Shown piece by piece: positions 9,727 through 18,711 of a stretch of 64,000 bases of DNA (position 1 is the first letter of the stretch; the number at the start of each line of letters is the position of its first letter). A program made the position numbers and the translations under genes. The notes below the pieces were generated by a model that searched no databases, was not told the DNA's origin, and saw only the letters and a list, made by a program, of their open reading frames with translations. The DNA is from a plasmid, in the sequence record NZ_CP119397.1; one strand, 5' to 3'.

Positions 9727-10593
9727 GCAGCGTCTGGCGGTGAGCACGCAGGCCATCACCCCGGCCATCACCGCGATCATCGCCGGTTCAACCGCCTCGT
9801 GCAGCAACCACCCGGCCAGCGCCAGCCCGAAGAAGGGTTGCAGCAACTGCAACTGGCCAACGGCGGCAATCCCGCCCTGCGCCAGCCCGCGATACCAGAA
9901 AATAAAGCCTATCCACATGCTGAACAGCGACACATAACCCAGCGCTGCCCAGGCTTCACCCCCCGCCGGGGGCCAGCCGGCGGGCGCGGTCACCAGCATC
10001 AGCAATAAGGCAAACGGCAGGGCGAACACCAGCGCCCAGGAGATCACCTGCCAGCCGCCGAGTGTGCGCGACAGCACCGCCCCTTCGGCGTAGCCCAGGC
10101 CGCACAGCACTATCGCCGCCACCATCAGCAGATCCCCTGATGACAGCCCGCCCACGCCCTGACGCAGCGCAAAGCCCGTCACCAGCGCCGCCCCCAGCGC
10201 GGAGAAGAGCCAGAACGCCGGTCGCGGCCGCTCACCGCCGCGCAGCACGCCAAACAGGGCTGTGGCCAGCGGCAGCAGGCCGATGTAGACCAGTGAATGG
10301 GCCGAGGTGGTGTGTTGCAGTGCCAATGCCGTCAGCAGCGGAAACCCCACCACCACCCCGGCGGCGACCGTGGCCAGCGGCAGCCATTGCGCCCGCTGCG
10401 GCGCGCGCTGGCGCAACAGCAGCAGCGCCGGGCCGGCCAGCAGTGCGGCAATCACCGCCCTGGCGGCCGTCAGGAACAGCGGGTCAAACGCCAGCACCGC
10501 CAGCCGCGTGGCCGGCAGCGACCCGCTGAAGATCAGCATTCCGATGAAACCATACAGCCACCCCTGCGCCACCCGTGCTGCGTTATCCGCCAT
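9718..10593 (-). CDS. DMT-superfamily (EamA-like) transporter; start may alternatively be 10674
   Basis: 10 TM-like hydrophobic segments, duplicated EamA halves; divergent from MocR regulator, a common pairing. Confidence 0.7.
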   Translation of the reverse strand: MADNAARVAQGWLYGFIGMLIFSGSLPATRLAVLAFDPLFLTAARAVIAALLAGPALLLLRQRAPQRAQWLPLATVAAGVVVGFPLLTALALQHTTSAHSLVYIGLLPLATALFGVLRGGERPRPAFWLFSALGAALVTGFALRQGVGGLSSGDLLMVAAIVLCGLGYAEGAVLSRTLGGWQVISWALVFALPFALLLMLVTAPAGWPPAGGEAWAALGYVSLFSMWIGFIFWYRGLAQGGIAAVGQLQLLQPFFGLALAGWLLHEAVEPAMIAVMAGVMACVLTARRCSG

Positions 10594-10772
10594 ACCGTTC
10601 CCCACGCCATAAATGAAAATGTCCTGTGTCTCGCTGCCATTCTGGCGCGCCTGACGGCACAGCGTCAGAGCCACTTTGCAGGGATTTCAGTGGGCCACTT
10701 TGCCGGGGGAGATTGAGCCGGGCGGGCAAACCGGTTAGGGTGGGAAACCCTTCAGACCATGGAACGCTGCGC

Positions 10773-11300
10773 ATGGACACGTTGCTGACACCCCGTTTTA
10801 CCCTGACCCGGCTGGCTGAACATGACTGGCCTTTTTTCCTGCAACTGCGGCAGGACAGCGCGATCATGCGTTATATGGCAGAGATTATTCCGGAGGCGGA
10901 AACACGAGCGTTATTTGAACAACGTTTGCAGCCCTGGGCACCGGGCGCGCCGCACCCGCTGGATTTTATTATCCGGGCGCACGGCAGTGACACGCCGCTG
11001 GGGAATATTGGGCTACGTCACGGTGATGAGGGGCCGCACGTCGCGGAAGTCGGGTATACGGTCGCAGTGGCTGCCCAGGGGCGCGGCATTGCCGGTGAGG
11101 CATTGCAGGCAGTGTGTGACTTTGCCTTCCGGCAGGTGGGCATCCGTACCCTGAAAGCGGTGATCGTGGCGGAAAACGCGGCCTCGGCCAGGGTACTGGA
11201 GAAAAATGGGTTCCGGCGTGTGGCGGTGCTGAAAGCCAGCTACACCCTGCGGGGGCAGACCTATGATGACTGGGTTTATCAGCGGGTACAGGAAGGGTGA
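10773..11300 (+). CDS. GNAT-family N-acetyltransferase (RimJ/RimL-like)
   Basis: 175 aa; acetyl-CoA binding motif A region QGRGIAGEALQAVCDFAF. Confidence 0.75.
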   Translation: MDTLLTPRFTLTRLAEHDWPFFLQLRQDSAIMRYMAEIIPEAETRALFEQRLQPWAPGAPHPLDFIIRAHGSDTPLGNIGLRHGDEGPHVAEVGYTVAVAAQGRGIAGEALQAVCDFAFRQVGIRTLKAVIVAENAASARVLEKNGFRRVAVLKASYTLRGQTYDDWVYQRVQEG

Positions 11301-11413
11301 TGCCCACGGCTGAGGGTATGCGGTACCCTGCAAAAAAACAGGGGCAGAAGCGCCAACACCGGCGCGGCTGCCCCATCGACAGAAAAGGTCGTCATGGCCC
11401 GGCAGGCCACGGC

Positions 11414-11626
11414 TTACGCCTCTTCCGTCACGATCACGAATGCCCCGGTTTCTTTCTTCACTTCCGCGCCGGCATCTGCACAGGCAGAGGCGAGCCGGAA
11501 AAATTCATCACTGCCAATATTCCAGTCGAGCCGGATATAGCGGTGTTGCCCGGAATGCAGCATCTCAAGTGCTTCATTGACACCCTCGGCCGATGCGCCA
11601 TTCCCTGAAGTCTTCAGTTCTGTCAT
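11414..11626 (-). CDS. small acidic hypothetical protein (70 aa), translationally coupled to upstream RHH gene
   Basis: ATGA overlap (11623-11626) with preceding ORF; no recognisable domain. Confidence 0.5.
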   Translation of the reverse strand: MTELKTSGNGASAEGVNEALEMLHSGQHRYIRLDWNIGSDEFFRLASACADAGAEVKKETGAFVIVTEEA

Positions 11627-11922
11627 TTTTTCTTCCTGAGCAACTTTCTCAGCCCCCGCAGTTCTTTGGCAGAGAGCGGTGGCTCAGCAGAGGTGTTCTC
11701 CGCCGGGGCGCTGCCCGCCTCAATGGTCTCTTCCACGTTGTCCTGATATTCGGTGCCGTCCACCTCATCAGCGCTCGGTGCGGTGCCGCTGAGCGCCTCG
11801 TCCAGCAGGGCGGCCGTTAACTGGCTCAGGCTGAGGCTTTTCTCTTCTGCCTCTGTTTTGAGCTTCTCTTTTAACTCAATCGGTATCTTAACGGTCAGAC
11901 TGGTGATTTCACTCATGTACAA
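11623..11922 (-). CDS. ribbon-helix-helix (CopG/Arc-like) DNA-binding protein with acidic linker and basic C-tail
   Basis: N-terminal LTVKIPIELKEKLKTEAEEKSLSLSQLTAALLDEAL = beta-strand + two helices of RHH fold; C-terminus LRGLRKLLRKKK. Confidence 0.55.
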   Translation of the reverse strand: MYMSEITSLTVKIPIELKEKLKTEAEEKSLSLSQLTAALLDEALSGTAPSADEVDGTEYQDNVEETIEAGSAPAENTSAEPPLSAKELRGLRKLLRKKK

Positions 11923-12132
11923 CTCCGTAACATTAAATTAAATGACAGCAACAATGATGAAAACAAACCGGCAACGTGCCGCTAACAGTGTAAACGATTA
12001 CCGCAATCGATAGCGTATCTATAAGAAAAATCAGAGTGATCCCCTGTGCAAAGGGCACGAAAAAAGGCAGGGCGAGGGGGAAAACACGAAAGGTGGGCGC
12101 GGAAAAGGGCGGTTTCCGCGCAGGGCACGCGG

Positions 12133-12417
12133 TCAGAGGCCATCCACAATGGTGATCATCGCGTCAGCGACGCCGGCGCGCCTGGCCCGTGCCTGCTGGT
12201 ACGCCTCTGAGTGGTAACAGGCCAGCGCCGTGGGGTAATCGTCAAATTCAATCACCACATGTTTGATGAAGGCTGCCCCTTCCAACGTTTCAGCCTGGCC
12301 GCCCCGCGCCAAGAAGCGGGCGTTAAACTGGCGGAATGCGTCGGGGGCCAGCGCCATATAGTGCTGATACTGTACGGGATCATGAACGGTGACGTGGGCA
12401 ATCCAGTAGGCGGGCAT
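12133..12417 (-). CDS. DUF1330-family protein
   Basis: 94 aa, MPAYWIAHVTVHDPVQYQHYMALAPDAF... matches DUF1330 (dimeric alpha+beta barrel-like) proteins. Confidence 0.65.
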   Translation of the reverse strand: MPAYWIAHVTVHDPVQYQHYMALAPDAFRQFNARFLARGGQAETLEGAAFIKHVVIEFDDYPTALACYHSEAYQQARARRAGVADAMITIVDGL

Positions 12418-12421
12418 CGGG

Positions 12422-13099
12422 TTACTCCTGCTCAGTTAAAATGCGTTTCGCCAGTTCAGCGGCTTCCGTGAGGTGGGCCAGCACCTCGTTGCGCGCCAGA
12501 TCGGCGTCATTTTTATCAATCGCATCATAGATGCGTGACATGCGCTCAAAGCCCGCGACACGGCGCTCATGGCTTTTCAGCGTCAGGGCGCGCAGGCGGC
12601 TGATGCGGCTGTTAAGCCGCTGCACAATTTCCCAGGCGATGGTGTGGTTGGCAACCTGGAAAATGGTTTCGTAAAACGCCTGGGAGGCCTCAACCCGCCG
12701 GATGTCATCATGCTCGTTGGAGGCCTCGGCGATCTGCATCAGTTTCTGGTGCAGCACCTGTTTGTCATGCGGTTGCGCCAGCCGGGCGCAGTCGTGCGCC
12801 GCCTCCTGCTCCAGCAGCATCCGGATGGCGTAAATCTGCTCCGCCACTTGCCAGGTCAGCACCGCCACTATCGGCCCCTTTTTCGGCAGGTTCTCAATCA
12901 GCCCTTCGGCTTCCAGGTAGCGGATAACCTCCCGGACCACGCTGCGGCTGACGCCCAGCTCTTCACTGAGTGTCCGCTCCACCAGCCGGTCACCCGCTTC
13001 AAAATACCCGGCGATAATCGCCTGGCGCACTTTGGTCAGCGCCAGTTCACGCAGGGTTTGCGGGGTATTCTCTATTTTTAATGAATGGTTTGGCAGCAT
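12422..13099 (-). CDS. GntR-family (FadR/FCD subfamily) transcriptional regulator
   Basis: wHTH LSEELGVSRSVVREVIRYLEAEGLI + C-terminal FCD-type all-helical domain; divergent to catabolic operon. Confidence 0.85.
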   Translation of the reverse strand: MLPNHSLKIENTPQTLRELALTKVRQAIIAGYFEAGDRLVERTLSEELGVSRSVVREVIRYLEAEGLIENLPKKGPIVAVLTWQVAEQIYAIRMLLEQEAAHDCARLAQPHDKQVLHQKLMQIAEASNEHDDIRRVEASQAFYETIFQVANHTIAWEIVQRLNSRISRLRALTLKSHERRVAGFERMSRIYDAIDKNDADLARNEVLAHLTEAAELAKRILTEQE

Positions 13100-13128
13100 G
13101 GGCTTCTCTTTGATGAGCGGAATTTTTA

Positions 13129-13138
13129 ACGTATACGT
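13129..13138. promoter_or_regulatory. perfect palindrome ACGTATACGT in 5' region of gntR gene (candidate autoregulatory operator)
   Basis: 10-bp perfect palindrome 30 bp upstream of regulator start; GT-N-AC core typical of GntR/FadR operators. Confidence 0.4.
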
Positions 13139-13554
13139 AACAATAAGGGGCGGGCGTCCGCCTCGTCCTGACCGCCTGCCGGTTAACTATTAGCACTGTT
13201 TCGCCTGCTTTGGCAATCCTGGTATGCCATATGCCATCCGATTAACTGCATGGCGTCTTTACCGGCACCTGACGGGAAACTGCCGGAAATCCGCGTCAGT
13301 TCACAAATCTGTTATTTCGCCGGAATGCGCAAATTATCACCACCCATCCAGCCCGGCCATGTAAAATATCCAGCTGATAAATATCGACAATTATTTTACA
13401 CCCTGCCTTTTTTTTCACCTTTTTCTTCCTGCACCCGTCAGCCCGGTAAACCGGTATTTCTGAAACAGCGTTGGCGGGTTAAACCCGCCTGCTGCCGGGG
13501 TTTGCCTGCTGTAGATGCCGCCCTTTTCAGAAAATTTTAAGTATTCCGTATGAT

Positions 13555-13564
13555 GGTATACCAA
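13555..13564. promoter_or_regulatory. perfect palindrome TGGTATACCA overlapping -35 (TTGACA) of the 13.65 kb operon promoter: candidate GntR/FadR-type operator
   Basis: TGGT-N2-ACCA consensus of FadR-subfamily operators, immediately 5' of TTGACA (13567-13572). Confidence 0.5.
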
Positions 13565-13649
13565 CTTTTGACATACAACGAAGCCCGGTGCTATACCTCG
13601 TCTCACGCCACATAGAGTTAACATTTCATTTACTTTTGGAGGTTGTTCC

Positions 13650-14252
13650 ATGCATCCGAATATCCGTAAGACACTGGTTTCCACTGAGACGATCTATTCC
13701 GACGGCGGCAAGGCAGCCGGCCAGCCGCTGGTGATGATCGCGGCCGCAGCCGTGGTGAAAAACCCGTGGGCCGGGCAAGGCTTCGTTGAAGATCTGGCGC
13801 CAAAAATCCGCGAGATGGCCCCGGTGCTGGGCGAGCTGCTGACGGCGTTGATCATCAAAGAGGCCGGGTCGGGCGAGCAGGTTCAGGCGTTCGGCAAAAG
13901 TGCCGTGGTGGGGCTGGACGGCGAACTGGAACACGCCTCCGCGCTTATCCACACCCTGCACTTCGGCAACCATTACCGCTCGGCAGTCGAGGGGAAAAGT
14001 TACCTGGCGTTCAACAACACCCGCGGCCCGGCCAACTCCCCGATCCTGATCCCGATGATGGGCAAAAACGACGAGGGCAGCCGCGAACACTACCTGACGT
14101 TCCAGTTCAACATCAATGATGCCCCTTTCAGTGACGAAATCGTCATTGCGCTGGGCGCTGCGCTGGGCGGCAGGCCACACCACCGTATCGGCAACCGTTA
14201 CCTTGACCTGAAAGAGTTAGGCCATGATCCGAAAAACCCAGCAGCTGTCTGA
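13650..14252 (+). CDS. 'amino acid synthesis' family protein (PF06684-like)
   Basis: 200 aa; overall resemblance to AA_synth family proteins; first gene of operon. Confidence 0.6.
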   Translation: MHPNIRKTLVSTETIYSDGGKAAGQPLVMIAAAAVVKNPWAGQGFVEDLAPKIREMAPVLGELLTALIIKEAGSGEQVQAFGKSAVVGLDGELEHASALIHTLHFGNHYRSAVEGKSYLAFNNTRGPANSPILIPMMGKNDEGSREHYLTFQFNINDAPFSDEIVIALGAALGGRPHHRIGNRYLDLKELGHDPKNPAAV

Positions 14253-15069
14253 GATAAACCTCCGGGTCAGCTATCTGGAAGCGGGCCAGGGCGCGCCGCT
14301 GGTGCTGATCCACGGGGTCGGGATGAACGCGGAATCCTGGTATCCGCAGATGGCAGCGCTGAGCCGCCACTTCCGGGTGCTGGCGGTGGACATGCCGGGG
14401 CATGGTGAAAGCGAGGGCTTCCGCCACCCCGCCGCCCTGAACGAGTACGTCGCGTGGCTGGCCGCGTTCCTGCGTACCCAGCCGGAGGCGCGTTTTGCCG
14501 TGGCGGGTCACTCGATGGGCGCGCTGATCACTGCCGGGCTGGCGATCGACTGCCCGGCGCTGGTGAGCCACGCGGTAGTGATGAGCGGGGTGTTCCGCCG
14601 CAGTGACGCGGCCCGCGCCGCCGTCGTGCAGCGCGCCGCTGAACTCGCCGCCGGGCAGGGAGAGATCGACTCGCCGCTGGCGCGCTGGTTCAGTGACGCA
14701 CCCGGCGAACAACCACTGCGCCGCCAGGTGGGCGACTGGCTGCACCGGGTTGACCGGCAAGGCTACGCCTGCGCCTATCAGGCGTTTGCCGGGGGCGACC
14801 AGCTCTACGCCGACCGCTGGCAGGCGATCCAGTGCCCGGTACTGGTGCTGACCGGCGAACAGGATGCCAACTCCAGCCCGGCAATGGCCCGGCAGATGGC
14901 CCAGGCCGCCCCCCACGGGCGGGCGGTGATTATTGAAAACGCCCGGCACATGGTCACCCTGACAGACGCAGAGCGGGTCAACGCGGAACTTCTGGCGTTT
15001 CTCCGCCCTGCCCCTGCACCGGTTGCCCGGCAGACCACACGAGAAGGAGTGACAGATGGACGCAGATAA
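14224..15069 (+). CDS. alpha/beta-fold hydrolase
   Basis: HGVGMN oxyanion region, GHSMGA nucleophile elbow (Ser in G-x-S-x-G). Confidence 0.8.
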   Translation: MIRKTQQLSEINLRVSYLEAGQGAPLVLIHGVGMNAESWYPQMAALSRHFRVLAVDMPGHGESEGFRHPAALNEYVAWLAAFLRTQPEARFAVAGHSMGALITAGLAIDCPALVSHAVVMSGVFRRSDAARAAVVQRAAELAAGQGEIDSPLARWFSDAPGEQPLRRQVGDWLHRVDRQGYACAYQAFAGGDQLYADRWQAIQCPVLVLTGEQDANSSPAMARQMAQAAPHGRAVIIENARHMVTLTDAERVNAELLAFLRPAPAPVARQTTREGVTDGRR

Positions 15070-15985
15070 ACGCAGACAATTACGTGACGCTTTCGGCGCT
15101 TTTATGACCGGCGTCACCGTCGTGACCACCACGGGTGATCACGGCCAACCGCTTGGCTTTACCGCCAATTCCTTCTCCTCGGTGTCGCTGGAGCCGCCGT
15201 TGCTGCTGGTCAGCATTGACAAGCGTTCGGCCAATTTTGCCCAGTTTACCGGCTGCGGCCACTTCGCCATCAATGTGCTCGCCGAGCAGCAGAAAGAGAC
15301 CTCAAACATTTTTGCGCAGAAAATTGAGGATCGCTTCGCGCTGATTGACTGGCACCCGGCTGCCTCCGGTGCGCCGCTGATTGACGGCAGCTCCGCCTGG
15401 TTTGACTGCCGCCTGCATCAGGTGGTGGATGCCGGTGACCACGCCATTTTGATCGGGGAAGTCGGGGCGTTCGGCTCCAGCGGCACCGCCGGGCTGGGTT
15501 ACTACCGCGGTGCCTATTTCACCCCGTTCCATAATGCCGAATCCCTGATCACCAACCCGGAAGTGGTGGTCAGCGCGCTGATTGAATCCAACGGCCGGGC
15601 GGTGATGGTCAGACAGCAGGATGGCGGCTACGCCCTGCCCGCCCGCACCGTCGGCGGCCAGGGCGTCAGTGACACCCTGGCCGCACTGACCCGCGATCTG
15701 TCTCTGAACGCCAGCCCCGGCTTTGTCTATTCGATTTACGACGAGCGCCCCAAAAACCGCCAGCACATCGTGTTCCTGTGCGCCCTGCCGACCGATGCCG
15801 CAGAGGCACAGCCGCCGCTGCACCAGGCCGAGTGGTATCCCCTGAGCAATCTGGCCGGTTTGCCGATTGCCGACTCCGCCCTGAAATCGCTGATGAACCG
15901 TTTTGTCAGGGAACATGCGGTGGGTAATTACGCCATCTATTACGGCGATGAACAACGCGGCAGCCTTAAACATTTCGCCGGCTGA
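15056..15985 (+). CDS. flavin reductase-like domain protein with ~150-aa C-terminal extension
   Basis: N-terminal 160 aa = flavin reductase (HpaC/RutF-like: FMTGVTVVTT..., GDHAILIGEV); C-terminal half of unknown fold. Confidence 0.75.
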   Translation: MDADKRRQLRDAFGAFMTGVTVVTTTGDHGQPLGFTANSFSSVSLEPPLLLVSIDKRSANFAQFTGCGHFAINVLAEQQKETSNIFAQKIEDRFALIDWHPAASGAPLIDGSSAWFDCRLHQVVDAGDHAILIGEVGAFGSSGTAGLGYYRGAYFTPFHNAESLITNPEVVVSALIESNGRAVMVRQQDGGYALPARTVGGQGVSDTLAALTRDLSLNASPGFVYSIYDERPKNRQHIVFLCALPTDAAEAQPPLHQAEWYPLSNLAGLPIADSALKSLMNRFVREHAVGNYAIYYGDEQRGSLKHFAG

Positions 15986-16004
15986 ACGCCGTGAGGACGC
16001 AACC

Positions 16005-17042
16005 ATGAAACTCTCTTTATTCGTTCATATGGAAAGAATTTCCCCCGATGAGCCGCAGGAAACGCTCTACAACGAGATGATGACGCTGTGTGAAATCGCG
16101 GATCGCGGCGGTATGCACGCTATCTGGACGGGTGAGCACCACGGCATGAATTTCACCATCGCCCCCAACCCGTTTATCAACCTGGTGGACATCGCCCACC
16201 GGACATCCAGGGTTCGCCTGGGCACCGGCACCGTGGTCGCCCCGTTCAACCACCCGATCCGGCTGGCCGGGGAAGCGGCGATGACTGACCTTATCACCGG
16301 CGGGCGGCTGGAGCTGGGCATCGCACGCGGTGCGTACAGCTTCGAATATGAACGCCTGATGCCGGGGCTGACGGCCTGGGAGGCGGGCCAGCGGATGCGT
16401 GAGCTGATCCCGGCGGTGCAGAAGCTGTGGCAGGGCGATTACGCCCACCAGGGGGAGTTCTGGTCATTCCCGTCGACCACGTCCGCGCCGCAACCGGCCA
16501 AAGACGCCGCACCGCCGATCTGGGTGGCAGCGCGTGACCCGAACAGCCATGAGTTTGCCGTGAAAAATAACTGCAACGTACAGGTGACGCCGCTGCATCA
16601 GGGCGAGGAGGAGATTGTCCGGCTGGTGACCTGCTTCAAAGAGGCCTGCCGGGCATTCCCACCGCCTGCCCCGCTGAAAATCATGCTGCTGCAACATGGC
16701 TATGTGGCGGAGGATGAGGCCGACGCGCAGCAGGCCGCCACCGCATTTAACCGCTTCTACAACTATTTCGGTGCCTGGTTCAAGAATGAGCGCCCGGTCA
16801 CGCAGGGGCTGATCCAGCCGCTGACCGACGAGGAGATTGCGGCCAACCGTTACTACTCCGCCGAGGCCATGCGCACCAACCTCGCCATCGGCACCGCCAA
16901 TGACCTGATCGCCCGCCTGAAACATTATGAGGCGCTGGGCTATGACGAGTTCGCGTTGTGGATCGACAGCGGGATGCCGTTTGCCCGCAAAAAAGCGTCA
17001 CTGGAGCGTTTTATTCACGGCGTGCTGCCCGAATTTCACTGA
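16005..17042 (+). CDS. LLM-class (luciferase-like) flavin-dependent monooxygenase
   Basis: 345 aa; TIM-barrel LLM hallmarks (MKLSLFVHM..., WTGEHHG, GRLELGIARG). Confidence 0.85.
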   Translation: MKLSLFVHMERISPDEPQETLYNEMMTLCEIADRGGMHAIWTGEHHGMNFTIAPNPFINLVDIAHRTSRVRLGTGTVVAPFNHPIRLAGEAAMTDLITGGRLELGIARGAYSFEYERLMPGLTAWEAGQRMRELIPAVQKLWQGDYAHQGEFWSFPSTTSAPQPAKDAAPPIWVAARDPNSHEFAVKNNCNVQVTPLHQGEEEIVRLVTCFKEACRAFPPPAPLKIMLLQHGYVAEDEADAQQAATAFNRFYNYFGAWFKNERPVTQGLIQPLTDEEIAANRYYSAEAMRTNLAIGTANDLIARLKHYEALGYDEFALWIDSGMPFARKKASLERFIHGVLPEFH

Positions 17043-17051
17043 GGAACCCTG

Positions 17052-18518
17052 ATGGAATCGTTCAAACTCTATATCGACGGCCGCTTTGAGGCGGGCAGCG
17101 CCTGTTTCACCTCGCTGAACCCGGCCACGGAGCAGCCCTGGGCGGAGATTGCCGAAGCGCAGGCAGAGGACGTCAACCGGGCGGTGGCCGCCGCGCACCG
17201 CGCTTTCCATGACGAACGCTGGCGCGGCCTCACCGCCGGTGCGCGCGGCAAATTGCTGCTGCGGCTGGCGGATCTGCTGGAGCAGAACGCCGGGGAACTG
17301 GCGCGGCTGGAGACGCTCGACACCGGCAAAATCATCCGGGAAACCCGCGCCCAGGTAGCGTATGTCGCGGAGTATTACCGCTATTACGCCGGGCTGGCGG
17401 ACAAGATGGAGGGCCGCACCCTCAGCATCGACAAACCGGACATGGAAACCTGGGTCACGCGTGAACCCGTGGGCGTGGTCGCGGCGATCATCCCCTGGAA
17501 CAGCCAGCTGTTTTTATCGGCCGTGAAAATCGGCCCGGCGATCGCCGCCGGCTGCACGCTGGTGGTCAAGGCCGCGGAAACCGCCCCGGCCCCGCTGCTG
17601 GCGTTTGCGCGCCTGATCGACGAAGCCGGGTTCCCGCCCGGCGTCTGTAACATCATTACCGGCTTCGCCGCGACGTGCGGCACGGTGCTGACCACCCACC
17701 CGCTGGTGGACCACATCGCCTTTACCGGCGGCCCGGAAACGGCAAAAAGCATCATCCGCAACAGTGCGGAAAACCTGGCGCGCACCTCGCTGGAGCTGGG
17801 CGGCAAATCACCGTTTATCGTGTTTGAGGATGCTGACCTGGAGAGCGCCGCCAATGCGCAGGTCGCGGCGATCTTCTCCGCCTCGGGCCAGAGCTGCGTG
17901 GCCGGCTCCCGGCTGCTGGTGGCAGAAAGCATCAAAGACGCGTTTCTCGAGGCGCTGACGCAGAAGGTGCGCGGCATTGTGATTGGCTGCCCGCAGCAGC
18001 CGGAAACCCAGTTCGGCCCGCTCTGCACCCCCCAGCAAAAAACGCGCATCCACCAGCGGGTCACGCAGTCACTGGAACAGGGCGCGCGGCTGGTCACCGG
18101 CCATTACGACCTGGATCGCCCCGGTTATTACTACCCGCCAACCATCCTCGACTGCTCAGCCCAGCCGCAGGCCGTGTGCGTGACGGAGGAACTGTTCGGC
18201 CCGGTACTCTCGGTGCTGACCTTCCGTGATGAGGCCGAAGCGGTGCGCCTGGCGAATGACACCGGGTATGGGCTGGCGGCCGGGGTGTTTACCCAGAACC
18301 TGACCCGCGCCCACCGCGTGACGCGCCGTCTGCGCACCGGCGTGGTGTGGCTCAACACCTACCGGGCGGTCTCCCCGCTGGCCCCCTTTGGCGGCTACGG
18401 CAAATCGGGCTTTGGCCGTGAAGGCGGCATGGACGCGGCGCTGGAGTACACCACCACCAAAACCGTCTGGTTACGCACCAGTGATGCGCCGATAGATGAC
18501 CCGTTTGTGATGCGCTGA
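17052..18518 (+). CDS. NAD(P)-dependent aldehyde dehydrogenase
   Basis: 488 aa; catalytic Cys/Glu motifs (ELGGKSP, GQSCVAGSRLLV). Confidence 0.9.
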   Translation: MESFKLYIDGRFEAGSACFTSLNPATEQPWAEIAEAQAEDVNRAVAAAHRAFHDERWRGLTAGARGKLLLRLADLLEQNAGELARLETLDTGKIIRETRAQVAYVAEYYRYYAGLADKMEGRTLSIDKPDMETWVTREPVGVVAAIIPWNSQLFLSAVKIGPAIAAGCTLVVKAAETAPAPLLAFARLIDEAGFPPGVCNIITGFAATCGTVLTTHPLVDHIAFTGGPETAKSIIRNSAENLARTSLELGGKSPFIVFEDADLESAANAQVAAIFSASGQSCVAGSRLLVAESIKDAFLEALTQKVRGIVIGCPQQPETQFGPLCTPQQKTRIHQRVTQSLEQGARLVTGHYDLDRPGYYYPPTILDCSAQPQAVCVTEELFGPVLSVLTFRDEAEAVRLANDTGYGLAAGVFTQNLTRAHRVTRRLRTGVVWLNTYRAVSPLAPFGGYGKSGFGREGGMDAALEYTTTKTVWLRTSDAPIDDPFVMR

Positions 18519-18711
18519 CCCAGTGCGCAGGGCGGCGCGCCCCCGCCGCCCGCGTTATGCGTTTCAGGACGACACCGCCCGCCTGTTTCTGACGTCATCA
18601 CCTGTTAAGGCAACCCTCGCCGGTTGTCAGGATGGCTGTGGGCTTTTTTCAGGGAATACCGCCTTACACCCGCTGTTTACACGCTGAAATCCTGATTTCC
18701 CGGAGGTTAGA

